The notes: generated from the sequence alone by a model not told the origin. A stretch of 64,000 nt of DNA from an uncultured delta proteobacterium (GCA_963767925.1 CAVYGB010000002.1:2112001-2176000); one strand, 5' to 3'. Positions 9,989 to 20,814 are shown, counted from the first letter of the stretch. Numbers and translations: made by a program.

Positions 9989-10864
9989 ATGAAAGTTGCG
10001 TTCGTACTCGTCGCGGACGAAGCGTATTTCATCGGCGTAGCCGCACTCCTGTCTAGCTTGGCCTCCCACCATGGCAGAAGCACGTCCGTGATCCTGCTGA
10101 GGCCGGGGACCCAGGAACTGACGCCTTCAGATCTCGTACTCAAGGGCATAGCCCAGCGACTGCAGCTCGACTTCGAGCTCCGCCCCATTGGGGTGTCGAG
10201 GCACCAACTCGATTCACGCTTTTCCAGCTGCACTCACTTCCGATTGTTCGACGTTCCCGATCATTGCGGCGATCTCGAGCGTGTCGTCTATCTCGATTCA
10301 GACGTCGTGCTCATGTCGCCGGCTGACGAACTGCTCTATATGGATCTGAGGGGCAAGACGGCTGCGGCGGCCGTCGATCTCCCTGCGCATGCGACGCTCG
10401 ACGCGCCCGGCGTACTGCCCGGGTGGCCGGGCCGGGAGCGTTACAAGGGGCGGCCATATTTCAATTCAGGGGTTCTCGTCATCGATCTGGAGAAGTGGCG
10501 TCGCACACGGGTCAGCGAACGCGCCGTAGAGTTTCTTGAGCAATACCCCGATTCCACACGCTTCTACGACCAAGATCCGTTGAACGTAGCCTTGATCGAT
10601 GATTGGCTGATACTCGATCCACGCTGGAACCTCGAACCGGGCTTCGTCGGGACGCCAAGCTTCGAACGGAGCGTGCCGCCGGAGCTCTGGCCACAATATG
10701 CAAAGTGGGAAGACGAGGCGCGCATATGGCACTTCATGGGATCGCGCCGCAAGCCGTGGAAAGCGACCTATCCCCCTGGTAAAGTGCTCGACCGCTTTCT
10801 GAGGTTCGTTCCCCGCGAGGCGGCACACTGGCTTGAGTTCTCCACGTCCGGGATCTCGGCATGA
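9989..10864 (+). CDS. GT8 glycosyltransferase
   Basis: VVYLDSDVV, YFNSGVLVIDL, DQDPLN, IWHFMG..KPW. Confidence 0.9.
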   Translation: MKVAFVLVADEAYFIGVAALLSSLASHHGRSTSVILLRPGTQELTPSDLVLKGIAQRLQLDFELRPIGVSRHQLDSRFSSCTHFRLFDVPDHCGDLERVVYLDSDVVLMSPADELLYMDLRGKTAAAAVDLPAHATLDAPGVLPGWPGRERYKGRPYFNSGVLVIDLEKWRRTRVSERAVEFLEQYPDSTRFYDQDPLNVALIDDWLILDPRWNLEPGFVGTPSFERSVPPELWPQYAKWEDEARIWHFMGSRRKPWKATYPPGKVLDRFLRFVPREAAHWLEFSTSGISA

Positions 10865-10903
10865 AGACACTCTCGCGCCGCCGCTCCCATCACACACGGA
10901 CAG

Positions 10904-11470
10904 GTGAACATCATGGCCCAGCACATCGAGCTTCGTACCGACCGCTTGCTGCTCCGTCGTTTCCAGCCCAAAGACGTGGAAGATGCGCTGGCGTATCGCG
11001 ATGACCCGGAGTTCGGCCGGTATCTGCCCCACATCCCCCAGCCCTACACACGGAAACATGCCGAAGCTTTCGTGGAGGGGAACATCCGCGAGTCCTGGGA
11101 CGATTCCCCCACGTTTGCTGTCGTCCTGGATGATCACGTGATTGGCACCGTGAACTTCGACGTCGACCGAAAGCAGCAACTCGCCATGGTGGGCTTCGCC
11201 ATCAGCCGGCAGCACTGGGGAAAAGGCCTGGCCTCGGAGGCCGTTCGGGCAGCGCTCGACTGGGCCTTCGCGAGCCACGACGTGGCCAAGATCTGGGCCT
11301 GCACCGATGCTCGGAACCTGCGCTCACAACGGCTCATGGAGAAGCTGGGTATGCAGCGCGAGGGCCTCTTGCGAAGCCACGAGCTCTCTCGCGACGGCCG
11401 CACCGACAAGGTCTATTACGGTCTGTTGCGGGGGGAGTGGACGGACCTGGGGGCCGGGATCGCGAAATGA
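10904..11470 (+). CDS. GNAT acetyltransferase (RimJ/RimL type)
   Basis: LRTDRLLLR, HWGKGLASEA, NLRSQRLMEKLGMQREG. Confidence 0.9.
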   Translation: MNIMAQHIELRTDRLLLRRFQPKDVEDALAYRDDPEFGRYLPHIPQPYTRKHAEAFVEGNIRESWDDSPTFAVVLDDHVIGTVNFDVDRKQQLAMVGFAISRQHWGKGLASEAVRAALDWAFASHDVAKIWACTDARNLRSQRLMEKLGMQREGLLRSHELSRDGRTDKVYYGLLRGEWTDLGAGIAK

Positions 11471-11535
11471 ATCCTGACGCTCCTGATCCGGTCAGGACTC
11501 CGTCGAAGCGACAGGCAGGGCTTCGGTGATCGGTC

Positions 11536-12612
11536 GTGGGAACGCTGCTGATCGTCGACAACGCCTGCCCGAGACCCTACTGCCCCGAGGTTCTGAGAAC
11601 CGAGGGAATGGGCGGAACAGAAGCCACCGTGGTTCGCGTCGCGGAGGGGTTGGGCTCGACGCATCGGGTGCTGATCGCCCAACACAATCGCCCCAAGGAG
11701 GACTCCGTCCGCTTCAACGCCGTGTACGCGGGTATGCAGGTCCTCGACGAGGTGAAGGCTCCCGATGCGGTCGTGGTCATGCGGAGCTTCGAGTGGCTCG
11801 TCGAGGCACGAAGGCGGTTTCCCGAATCGCGACTCTTCCTGTGGGTGACGGACTGGAAGGAGAGGGAGCCCGGAATCAACCAGCCGCTGATGATGTCCCG
11901 TCGCACCCACTTTCGATGGGCTCTGACTGGGACGAAGACCACCCTCGTTGCCGTTTCCTCGGCCCATCTCGAGGTGTTGCGAAGCTGGGCCCGACCCAAC
12001 CGGCTCGAGAGGCTCCACCGCGCCATGCCGGATTCCACGTTCGTGTACAATCCAGTGGACGATGCGTTGACCAGTGAGTCGCGTGAATGGGACCGCAACA
12101 AGCTCATCTACTTTAGCCGCCCCGACCAACGTCTGGACCAGGTCCTTCGCGCATTCGTTTATGTCCGGGAACAGATCAAGGACCTGCGACTCCTCATTGG
12201 CAATCCTGGATATTTGAGGCGAAAGCTTCCAGAGCTGCCCGGGGTGGAGCCCCTCGGCGTGCTACCTCATGCCGTGGTCTTGACTCATGTCCAGACTTCG
12301 CTTTGTGCGTTCTACCCCAACACCCGGGTGCCAGAGGCCTTCGGGCTGGTCTTCGCAGAGAGCAACGCCGTGGGTACCCCTGTCCTTACGCACCGAATGG
12401 GAGCCGCGCCCGAGATTCTCTCGGAAGAACAGTTGGTCGATTCAGCCAACCTCGAGCAGGTAGCCCAGAGAATCAGGACGTGGTGGGACGGCCGTCGGCC
12501 GGTCGTCAAGCTGAACCCCAGGTTCAGGCTCTCATCAGTATTGGCGGACTGGAACCGGCTCTTGGGTTGGTCTAGCGGACCTGACTCGCCAACGATAGCG
12601 AACAAGGCTTGA
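11536..12612 (+). CDS. GT4-like glycosyltransferase
   Basis: GMGGTEATV, EAFGLVFAESNAVGTPV. Confidence 0.85.
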   Translation: MGTLLIVDNACPRPYCPEVLRTEGMGGTEATVVRVAEGLGSTHRVLIAQHNRPKEDSVRFNAVYAGMQVLDEVKAPDAVVVMRSFEWLVEARRRFPESRLFLWVTDWKEREPGINQPLMMSRRTHFRWALTGTKTTLVAVSSAHLEVLRSWARPNRLERLHRAMPDSTFVYNPVDDALTSESREWDRNKLIYFSRPDQRLDQVLRAFVYVREQIKDLRLLIGNPGYLRRKLPELPGVEPLGVLPHAVVLTHVQTSLCAFYPNTRVPEAFGLVFAESNAVGTPVLTHRMGAAPEILSEEQLVDSANLEQVAQRIRTWWDGRRPVVKLNPRFRLSSVLADWNRLLGWSSGPDSPTIANKA

Positions 12613-12813
12613 AATCGTTTACGCAGTCCGAGGCTCAGGCGAAGGAGGGCGCACACGATCATCCAGGTCCCTCAAACGGGATGAGACGGGCAGCGGAGCT
12701 TCGGCCCTCTGCATCTTACGGATGGCGCAGCCATCTACTTCTTCTCGGACGGTTGGCGTCCATGGGTGCAAATTGCTCCAGGCGGCCAGCAGGTTGAAGC
12801 GTACTGTAAGGCG

Positions 12814-13821
12814 GTGCAGAAGCGAATACTCGTAACGGGAGGAGCGGGCTTCGTTGGTTCGCACCTCTGCGAACGCCTTCTGACAGAGGGGCATCACGTC
12901 GTCTGCCTGGATAACTTCTTCACGGGCCGATGGTCGAACGTCGCGCAGCTTCTCGACAAGCCGGACTTCGAGCTCATCAGGTTCGACGTTCAACAGTCGT
13001 TTACCATGGAAGTAGACGAGGTCTATCACCTCGCCTGTCCTGCTTCGCCCACTCACTACCAAAAGAACCCCGTCCGCACCATTCGCACGGCCGTTGAAGG
13101 GACCCTCAATGCTCTGGAGGTGGCCCGAGAGGCGCGGGCTCGGATACTTATCGCCTCGACATCGGAGGTCTATGGCGACCCTCAGGAGCATCCACAGCGC
13201 GAGGACTACTGGGGCCACGTCAATCCGGTCGGTCCTCGTTCCTGCTACGACGAGGGCAAACGCTGCGCCGAATCGCTGGCCGTCGCCTACGCCCAGCAGT
13301 TCGGACTCGAGGTCCGCATCGCGCGGATCTTCAACACTTTTGGCCCGCGCATGCAAGAAGGAGATGGCCGCGTAGTCTCCAACTTCGTGGTGCAGGCTCT
13401 CAAGGGCTTGCCACTGACACTATTCGGCGACGGGCGACAGACGAGATCGTTCTGCTTTGTGACGGATCTGGTGGAGGGACTGGTCCGGCTGATGGCCAGC
13501 CAGCACGGATCGAGTCCGGTCAACCTCGGGAATCCAGTGGAAACCAGCATCCGTGACATCGCCGAGCTCTGCAGGCGCTTGACCGCTTCCCGGTCCGTCA
13601 TCGTCCCCGGGCCGCTACCCGAGGACGACCCTGTGAGACGCCGCCCCGATGTCTCCCGTGCCCGGAAGTTGCTGAGCGGGTGGAGCCCGAAGGTCTCGCT
13701 GGAAGACGGTCTTCTTGTCACGATCCAGGACTTTCGGCAGCGGCTGGGCATTACTCGAGACGTCACTCGAAACGACGCCGCGGTCGCTTCTGCTCTGAAA
13801 GTCCTGGCCAAGGGACGATAG
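12814..13821 (+). CDS. UDP-glucuronate decarboxylase (UDP-xylose synthase)-type SDR
   Basis: ILVTGGAGFVGSHL, YHLACPASP, STSEVYGDP, CYDEGKRCAE, DGRVVSNF; GTG start assumed. Confidence 0.92.
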   Translation: MQKRILVTGGAGFVGSHLCERLLTEGHHVVCLDNFFTGRWSNVAQLLDKPDFELIRFDVQQSFTMEVDEVYHLACPASPTHYQKNPVRTIRTAVEGTLNALEVAREARARILIASTSEVYGDPQEHPQREDYWGHVNPVGPRSCYDEGKRCAESLAVAYAQQFGLEVRIARIFNTFGPRMQEGDGRVVSNFVVQALKGLPLTLFGDGRQTRSFCFVTDLVEGLVRLMASQHGSSPVNLGNPVETSIRDIAELCRRLTASRSVIVPGPLPEDDPVRRRPDVSRARKLLSGWSPKVSLEDGLLVTIQDFRQRLGITRDVTRNDAAVASALKVLAKGR

Positions 13822-13920
13822 CTCCGGCACTCCCTCGTCCGAGGGCGTTGGAAGACCGAGGCGTCGTCATGATTGTTGTCGTCGCGAGCGGGCGCAGCCG
13901 TCAGCGTCGGTGAACGCTGC

Positions 13921-14652
13921 TCAGCCGTGCACGGAGCCGTTGCCGCTGACCGGGGACGGAGCGAGCCGCCAGGTCCATCCCAGCGGGCGCAGCCCCAACC
14001 GCTCCGCCAGTCGCTGCGACGATCGGTTGTCCAGCTCGGTGCTGTAGAACAAGTGTCGGCCAGGCCGCCGCATCAGCGCAGCCCACTCGGCGGTCACCGC
14101 GGCCCCGAAGCCCCGGCCCCGAACGGCGGGATCGGTCCAGACGCCGCACTCCGCGGAGCGCGCGGTGACGGAGACCGGCGTGTGGCAGATGGACAACACC
14201 CCCTTGCCGTCGAAGGCCATCGTCCAGGGGCCATGGCGTCCTTCGAGCAATTCCTGCCACTCCGCCGTGTGCCAGTTCCCCGGGTTGGCATCGCGCAAGC
14301 CCGACGGAAGCGGGACGTCCGATCGAACGATGGGAAGCTGCGAGGGGAACCGCACGTCGTGGGGGATCAGAAAGCTCGGTCCAACCCTCACTGAGAGAGG
14401 ACGGCCGCCCGCCTCGAGAAGCTTGCGGCAAGGCTCGAGCGCCGGAGGCGGCTGCGCCGGATCTCCTGTCGGAGCCGCGGCCTCGAAAGCCGCCCTGAGC
14501 TCCGCGGCGAGGGCCTCGGGCACCTCCGCTCCGATCCAGAGGGCCTGGCGGTCGCGCGTCCAGACGATGGTGACGCCGTGAAACCCCGCGGTCCGACCAG
14601 CGGCATCGACGGACCCCCCCTGGATTTCGAGCAGCTCGAGGTCGGTAGGCAT
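13921..14652 (-). CDS. GNAT acetyltransferase
   Basis: GVWTDPAVRGRGFG acetyl-CoA motif, NRSSQRLAERLG. Confidence 0.85.
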   Translation of the reverse strand: MPTDLELLEIQGGSVDAAGRTAGFHGVTIVWTRDRQALWIGAEVPEALAAELRAAFEAAAPTGDPAQPPPALEPCRKLLEAGGRPLSVRVGPSFLIPHDVRFPSQLPIVRSDVPLPSGLRDANPGNWHTAEWQELLEGRHGPWTMAFDGKGVLSICHTPVSVTARSAECGVWTDPAVRGRGFGAAVTAEWAALMRRPGRHLFYSTELDNRSSQRLAERLGLRPLGWTWRLAPSPVSGNGSVHG

Positions 14653-14799
14653 CGGTAGACTCTACACTTTCGTTCAGGGAGTTGTTGCCGGGGGCCGCCG
14701 CCGCCGCTGGCATTGGCTGCACCAGAATGCGCCAGGTGGGACCGCATCGTTCCCGGTATGGTTCCTCACGCTGCCCCAGGTTCGCAACAGGAGGATCCC

Positions 14800-16215
14800 A
14801 TGGCCCGGCCCCACAACAGCGGGACATCGCACCCCGCTCGGCGGCGCCCTCTCAACGTCGTCTTCATCCTGGCAGATGACCTTGGCATCAATGATCTCGG
14901 GGTCTACGGACGTCAGGACCACCAGACTCCCCACCTCGATCGATTCGCGGCGGGCGGGCTGCGGCTGACCAACGCCTACGTGGCATCGCCGATCTGCTCG
15001 GCATCGCGCGCGGCGCTCCTGACCGGTCGTTGCCCGGCCCGCCTGCACCTGACCACTTTTCTGCCGGGTCGTGACGACACGGCCGCCCAAAGCCTCCTGC
15101 AGCCCAAGAGTCAACCAGGTCTGCCGGTGGCAGAGAAGACCCTGGCCGAGCGGCTACGGGGAAGCGGGTACGTCACCGCGTTCCTCGGGAAGTGGCATCT
15201 GGGCGGTGAGCGCCCGGGCCATCGCGAGCGCGGGTTCGACCTCTTCTACAGTGGGCAAGCGACCACCAGGCGCGGCGCCTTCGAGGGGGGAAAGGGGGAG
15301 TGCGACCTGACCCGCGCCGCCCAGAGCTTCATCGAAGCGGTCGCGGAATTGCCGTTCTTCCTCTATCTCTCTCACTATAATCCGCACGTTCCTTTCAATG
15401 CCCATCCGGATGCGGTCGCCGCCAATGCCGGCGCCTTCGCCCCGGTTTACGCAGCCATGATCCAGACGCTCGACAATTCGGTGGGGCGTTTGCTGTCATT
15501 CCTGGACGCTTCCGGACTGCGCGAGCGGACCCTCGTGGTCTTTACCAGCGACAACGGAGGGCTCCACGTGCCCGAAGGAATCCGCCCCCGGCAGGTCACA
15601 CACAACACGCCGTTCCGGGCGGGCAAGGGGTTTCTCTACGAAGGCGGACTGCGCGTTCCGCTGCTGGTGCAAGGCCCCGACATCCCCCGGGGCTGCGTCA
15701 CGGATGCGCAGTTCGTCAACACCGACTGGACCCCGACGTTGCTCGCGCTGACCGACCAACCCCCGGCCGACGATCTCGATGGCATCGACCAGACTGCCCT
15801 GCTGCGGACAGCGAGATCGCCTTGTCCGGATCGCCAGCTGTTCTGGCACATGCCCCATTACACCAACCAGGGGAGTCGACCGTCGGGCGCCGTGCGAGAC
15901 GGCCGCTGGAAGCTGGTCGAACATTACGACGACGATCGGGCGGAGCTGTTCGACCTCGACGAAGATCCGGGGGAGACCGCGGACGTTTCGCCGGCTCACC
16001 CCGAACGGGTAGCCTCCTTGCGAACCAGTCTCCTGAATTGGCGGCGATGCATGGGCGCGCAGGAGAATCGGCCCAACCCGGCTCATCATCCCAGGTTGCA
16101 CCGGAAGCTCTACCTCGACTTCGACGCCAGCCGCTTCGATCCGCTGCGAGCGGACGACCAGGCCTGGAAGGCGGCTGCGGCCTGGCGCGAGCAGATGAAC
16201 GCAGTCCTCCGTTGA
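14800..16215 (+). CDS. Sulfatase (Cys-type, formylglycine-dependent)
   Basis: NVVFILADDLG, CSASRAALLTG, GKWHLG, FTSDNGG, YEGGLRVP; RBS GGAGG before ATG 14800. Confidence 0.93.
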   Translation: MARPHNSGTSHPARRRPLNVVFILADDLGINDLGVYGRQDHQTPHLDRFAAGGLRLTNAYVASPICSASRAALLTGRCPARLHLTTFLPGRDDTAAQSLLQPKSQPGLPVAEKTLAERLRGSGYVTAFLGKWHLGGERPGHRERGFDLFYSGQATTRRGAFEGGKGECDLTRAAQSFIEAVAELPFFLYLSHYNPHVPFNAHPDAVAANAGAFAPVYAAMIQTLDNSVGRLLSFLDASGLRERTLVVFTSDNGGLHVPEGIRPRQVTHNTPFRAGKGFLYEGGLRVPLLVQGPDIPRGCVTDAQFVNTDWTPTLLALTDQPPADDLDGIDQTALLRTARSPCPDRQLFWHMPHYTNQGSRPSGAVRDGRWKLVEHYDDDRAELFDLDEDPGETADVSPAHPERVASLRTSLLNWRRCMGAQENRPNPAHHPRLHRKLYLDFDASRFDPLRADDQAWKAAAAWREQMNAVLR

Positions 16216-16307
16216 CGGAAATGGCGGCTCCGGTCCCTGCTGCTGGTCACCGTCGCACCGGCCCTGCTTCTCGCGCCACCCTCTCGGCGGACCAACCCAC
16301 AAGAGAT

Positions 16308-17237
16308 TCAGACTCTCGTCGGTGCTGAAGGACTGGAGTGGGCAGTTGAGCTCGGAGCGGTCTGTTCGCTCCCGGTCTGCGTGAAATTGCGACGGAGAAG
16401 CTGCTCGCATTCGGGCGGTACGACCCAGCTCGTGAGGACCGCCGCTACCTGGGCTGAGGAAATTGCCTCTTCCGGGCCGATGTCCGGCTTCTCCGAAAGG
16501 CCGGTAACGCCGAGCACGGCCGTCCCTCCCTGGGGAAAAGCGCGCACGTCGATCCGCGGCTGGCCGGTCTCCCCGATGCCCGCCCCGAGCCCCCTGAGCG
16601 CCACTTCGTAGTCCCGGTCCTGGGCAGCCATCCTGCGCCAGAACCGGGCGAGCCTGTGCATGATCCAGTCGTGCTTGTGGGCCTGCACGAAGCAGGTGCG
16701 AAAGACGTCTCGGTAGTACTGCTCGAACCCGTGGAGGCCCACCGGTTGCGCCGTCTGGATCCAGGGATAACCGCGCTCCTTCATCGCGTTGAGGGTGGAC
16801 AGCTCCGGGCGTAGGGGTCTGAAACTTGCCGGTGCTGCCGGTGACGCCAGTCCTTCCGCAGGGATGAGGTCCAGTGCGGTTCGCAAGGCGGCGGTCCGGT
16901 ACAAATGATTGCCGGCCGGCCGGAAATTGCCAAAGAACTTGTCGAGGACCAGTCCCTGCACCTCGCAAACATTGTCGCCAGCTGCGCGAGCGGTGTCACG
17001 CAGGTCGCGGACCGCATCCGGAAGGGGCAACACGTCCGCGTCCACGCAGAAGGTCCAGGTCAGCCCTCGTTCCAGACCGACTCGAAAGGACCGGGCCAAA
17101 GTGGCCGAAAATGGAGCATCGCGGACGACAACGATGTTGTCCGGGGGAATCTGTTCGGCAAGGAGCCGGCGGCAACTTTCCTCGGTCCGTTCGCCCACCG
17201 ATCGTACGATCGCCGTGACGTCGCGTATTTCCTCCAT
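16308..17237 (-). CDS. Putative GT-A fold glycosyltransferase
   Basis: WTFCVDADVL DxD motif; glycan-locus context. Confidence 0.6.
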   Translation of the reverse strand: MEEIRDVTAIVRSVGERTEESCRRLLAEQIPPDNIVVVRDAPFSATLARSFRVGLERGLTWTFCVDADVLPLPDAVRDLRDTARAAGDNVCEVQGLVLDKFFGNFRPAGNHLYRTAALRTALDLIPAEGLASPAAPASFRPLRPELSTLNAMKERGYPWIQTAQPVGLHGFEQYYRDVFRTCFVQAHKHDWIMHRLARFWRRMAAQDRDYEVALRGLGAGIGETGQPRIDVRAFPQGGTAVLGVTGLSEKPDIGPEEAISSAQVAAVLTSWVVPPECEQLLRRNFTQTGSEQTAPSSTAHSSPSAPTRV

Positions 17238-17242
17238 GAGGG

Positions 17243-18094
17243 TCAGTTGAACCACCTTTCAGCGAGGGAGATCCAATCGAGGGTCTCGTCGTTCTTGTCT
17301 CGGACCACGCTTCGCTCCTCCCGGGTGGGCACCGGCATCTTCAGGCCCTCTCCGGCGGCTTCGATCACCTCGTCGACCGTGGAGCACCGCACCCCGAAGT
17401 TGGTGAAGTAGTCATCACAGAGATCGGTCTTCAGGCCCACCACCACACACCCGGCGACGAGCGCTTCCTTGGGCGGACGTGGCGATCCTTCCTTGAGACC
17501 GCTCCGCCAGACAAAGACCTTCGCCTCCTTCAGAACCTGGGCAACCTCCGCCTCGGGGATGCCGACGATGTCCACCACCTTGTCTCCGTAGCGCTGTCGC
17601 AGCGCCTGGGCGGTCTCCGGATGCTTGTTGGGGCGGCGCATGTAACAGATGATGTTGCGCTTGGGGCGGCCGTCGTACTCGAAGAGCGCGCGATCAATGC
17701 TCGGCTGCACGATCACCGTGGGCGTCGAACGGTTTGTAGCCCTCACCCAGGAGACGATTGCCGGCGACTTGCATACGGCCAGCGTGGCGTGTGGTTGCAC
17801 CTGTCCGTCCTTGCCGCACTTGCCCAGTGCCAGACAAATGTGATGCTCGACGTGCGGCAAGTGAGGCTGGTAAACCTCAGGATATAGCACCACGCGCGGC
17901 GTGTAGGAGAAGTCGTATGGCTTGCATCGGTGATTGAACCATCCGGCCATCTGTTGGGACGGGGACTTGTAGTTCATGATCGTACAACGGCCGATGCGGG
18001 CAAGCGCCTCGCAAGCGTGGTACAGCGACTTGATGCCGCCAGCCTGGTGATGGCGCGCAAAGACCAGGGCATCCAAATCTCTCGACTCACGCAT
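17243..18094 (-). CDS. Putative GT-B glycosyltransferase
   Basis: AGGIKSLY, EGSPRPPKEALVAGCVVVG (EGFGLPP.EA-like); ATG 18094 chosen. Confidence 0.7.
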   Translation of the reverse strand: MRESRDLDALVFARHHQAGGIKSLYHACEALARIGRCTIMNYKSPSQQMAGWFNHRCKPYDFSYTPRVVLYPEVYQPHLPHVEHHICLALGKCGKDGQVQPHATLAVCKSPAIVSWVRATNRSTPTVIVQPSIDRALFEYDGRPKRNIICYMRRPNKHPETAQALRQRYGDKVVDIVGIPEAEVAQVLKEAKVFVWRSGLKEGSPRPPKEALVAGCVVVGLKTDLCDDYFTNFGVRCSTVDEVIEAAGEGLKMPVPTREERSVVRDKNDETLDWISLAERWFN

Positions 18095-18335
18095 CAGGGG
18101 CCCTCGTGGAGATGGTTGCGTCGACCTCCCAACCGGAACGAACGATACGCTGGAGGCGGCGCCGTCTCTGGCAACTCTAGGCCGAGACGGCGCCCGCGCG
18201 CCTGGCGCAAGGTGCGGCATCTTCTTTGAGTCCCGCGCTCGCTCCGCCCTGGCGGGTCGGGTCGTGGACCGTTCGCCTGCCTCCATTTGGGGCAGAGGGC
18301 CCGGCCGCTGGACCTGACATTCTTGCTCTCTCCCC

Positions 18336-19898
18336 ATGGTCGGTCCATTTGTGTGCGCGGAGATCGTAATCCTTCTCCTGTGCGGCGCGATTGGTCGGAT
18401 CGTCCGCTGCCCCTTGCGTGCGTGGTCGGCTCGACTGGGAGTGCCATCCGGGTTGGCGCCCTGGATTGTCCTCGCCCTGCTGGCGCCGCTGCCCCTGGCC
18501 TGGCCGGGCCCATCTTTCCGGGCGGCGATGGTGACCTTGCTGTTCGTCATGTCCTGGAAGGCGGCCAGTCAGGATATCGATCTTGGTACGGAAGACACCC
18601 TGTGGAGCGAGCGGGCTTTCCTCCTGGTCAGCGCCCTGCTGTCCTTCTGGAATCCGGTCTTCCTGCTGGCCAATCTCTGGACGCAGTTCTCGGTCTTCGA
18701 TGCTTTCAAGCATCACGGCACCCTTCCGCTCCGCGTTTTGATGATCGGGTGCGCGGTGTGCGGACAGTGGACCCTGATGGGCGCACTCGGTTATGGCGGC
18801 GTTCTGGCGCCGGGGTTGCTGACCTTGCTCTCCTGCCACTCGATGGCCTACTGGCTGCCGGCGCTGGGAAAGGCCCGACTGGGGCCTCGCTGGTACTCCT
18901 GGATGCTGGACAACCGACTCCACTACATCATCGCCTCGGCCTTCAGCTGGGGGTGGCTGCGGTTTCTCCCGGAGAGGGTCTGGATCGGGATCGTGAATCG
19001 GGCAGCGGTCCTCACCGTCCCTTTTCAGATCGTCGCCTTCGGTCTCGAGACGACCGCGCTGGTGGAGATCGTCGACCACCAGGCGCTGCTGGCGGTCACG
19101 GTGTGGGCTGCCATTTTCCATCTGACGGTGTTCGTCACCACGGGAATCCTGTTCTGGGAATGGGCCTTCACGGGTCTGGTGCTGTTCTGGATGGTCCGCG
19201 GTCTGGATCCTCAGGTCACGGGGGTCGTCTTCGGCCCCCACATGCTCGTGCCCTCGCTGGTCGTGATGGGGGCGCTGTGGCTCCTGGGCAAGATCTGGAG
19301 GCCGCAGGTGCTGGCATGGTGGGATACCCCGTTTACCCAACGCGTTCACTGGCAAGTGCGCGGTCAGAGTGGAAAACTCTACGGCCTCTACAGCGACTTC
19401 TTCTGCCCGCACGAGCGGCTCTACGGGCGGGTTCACGGGTATTTCATGACCGACGAGAAGATCTGCACCGAACATCTGGGTGAGGTGAAGGATCGACTAC
19501 AGCGGGACCTCATCTGGTCATGCGACGGAGATCCCCTGCTCCTGAAGGGGGTGAAGGACCACTGGGGAAGGGCCCGCCGGAACAAGAGCAAATCGGCGCA
19601 GCATCGCGACTACCTGCTGAGGCTGGTGGTTGCCTACAACGCCGGCCGCAGGAAGAGCGTCTATCCCCGGTGGCTCCGCTGGCTCAAAGCGCCCGGCGGC
19701 CAGTTCTACTATTGGGGCCGAGCTCCCCGCTTTCGGGGTCAGGAGCCGGTCGCACGGGTGATAGTCTCCTACCGTGAGGAGTATTTCGACGGGAGAGCCT
19801 ACAAAGTGATCACCGACCGGTTGCTCGAAGAGATCGAGCTCCCCACGGGGCTCGGGGACGGACGGGAGTCGCGCCTCGACGCCGTGGCGCAACCCTGA
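18336..19898 (+). CDS. Multi-pass membrane protein, HTTM-like
   Basis: Many hydrophobic segments; AYWLPALGK...W and FHLTVFVTTGILFW resemble HTTM motifs; soluble C-terminal domain. Confidence 0.55.
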   Translation: MVGPFVCAEIVILLLCGAIGRIVRCPLRAWSARLGVPSGLAPWIVLALLAPLPLAWPGPSFRAAMVTLLFVMSWKAASQDIDLGTEDTLWSERAFLLVSALLSFWNPVFLLANLWTQFSVFDAFKHHGTLPLRVLMIGCAVCGQWTLMGALGYGGVLAPGLLTLLSCHSMAYWLPALGKARLGPRWYSWMLDNRLHYIIASAFSWGWLRFLPERVWIGIVNRAAVLTVPFQIVAFGLETTALVEIVDHQALLAVTVWAAIFHLTVFVTTGILFWEWAFTGLVLFWMVRGLDPQVTGVVFGPHMLVPSLVVMGALWLLGKIWRPQVLAWWDTPFTQRVHWQVRGQSGKLYGLYSDFFCPHERLYGRVHGYFMTDEKICTEHLGEVKDRLQRDLIWSCDGDPLLLKGVKDHWGRARRNKSKSAQHRDYLLRLVVAYNAGRRKSVYPRWLRWLKAPGGQFYYWGRAPRFRGQEPVARVIVSYREEYFDGRAYKVITDRLLEEIELPTGLGDGRESRLDAVAQP

Positions 19899-19973
19899 CC
19901 CGGCCGGATCTTGCTGCCGCGAAATCGGACATTCACGCCTGCCTGAAAACCCGGGACCCTGTCTCAACGACCC

Positions 19974-20705
19974 ATGCCAAGCAGCGCAGCCTCCCATCTT
20001 TCCCCGGCGGACGCGATCGCGGCGGGCCTCCGCAGGCTTCGTCGAATTCGCAAGGAACTGATCGCTGTCCTGTCGATTGCCGCGGTCGCCGGAGCTTTGC
20101 TCATGGTGGCCTCGCAGCTCTACCAGCGGCGGGAAGACCGGAAGAAGGCCGAGGCGCTGGCCGCCCGGATCCGCTCCGGTGAAATCGTGCTCGAGAGGCC
20201 CCATAGCCCCAGCCTGGGGCCGGCGAACGCGAAGGTGACACTGGTCGAGTTCCTGGATCCCCAGTGCGGAAGTTGCCGGAAGATGTTTCCGAAGGTGAAG
20301 GAGTTGCTCGCGAGCCGGGCCGATGTACGGCTGGTCGTTCGGTACATGCCCTTTCATGCCCAGTCTGTCCATGCCGCGATCGCAGCCGAGGCCGCTCGCG
20401 CGCAGGGGAAATATTGGGAGATGCTGGCCATGCTCTTCGAGCGGCAGGAGGACTGGGGGGCCGCCGAACGTCCCCGGACCGATCTGATCACCGGCTATGC
20501 CCGCGCGCTCGGCCTCGACATGGGAGCATGGGAGCGGGCGATGGCGGACCCGGCGCTGCGAAAACAGGTCGAGACCGACCAGACCGATGCCGGCAACGTT
20601 CCGATCGGGAGCGTCCCGACATTCTTCGTGAACGGCCACATGGTCCGCGGCAAGCTGGAGCTGGACGCCCTCCAGGCGGCGGTCGACACACAACTCCAGC
20701 TCTGA
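19974..20705 (+). CDS. Membrane-anchored DsbA/thioredoxin-like oxidoreductase
   Basis: N-terminal TM segment; EFLDPQCGSC (CxxC), SVPTFFVNG cis-Pro loop. Confidence 0.9.
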   Translation: MPSSAASHLSPADAIAAGLRRLRRIRKELIAVLSIAAVAGALLMVASQLYQRREDRKKAEALAARIRSGEIVLERPHSPSLGPANAKVTLVEFLDPQCGSCRKMFPKVKELLASRADVRLVVRYMPFHAQSVHAAIAAEAARAQGKYWEMLAMLFERQEDWGAAERPRTDLITGYARALGLDMGAWERAMADPALRKQVETDQTDAGNVPIGSVPTFFVNGHMVRGKLELDALQAAVDTQLQL

Positions 20706-20707
20706 GC

Positions 20708-20797
20708 TGCGAAAGCACCCGTCGCCAGGCGGCGCAGCATCAGGCCGATCATCGCGACATGGATCATCGCCTGGCTGGTATCCGTTCGGTGCTCGTA
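20708..20797 (-). mobile_element. IS5-family transposase C-terminal remnant
   Basis: Minus strand reads YEHRTDTSQAMIHVAMIGLMLRRLA, matching the typical IS5-family (IS1031-like) transposase C-terminus. Confidence 0.7.
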
Positions 20798-20814
20798 GGG
20801 CTCTCTGGGCCGCC

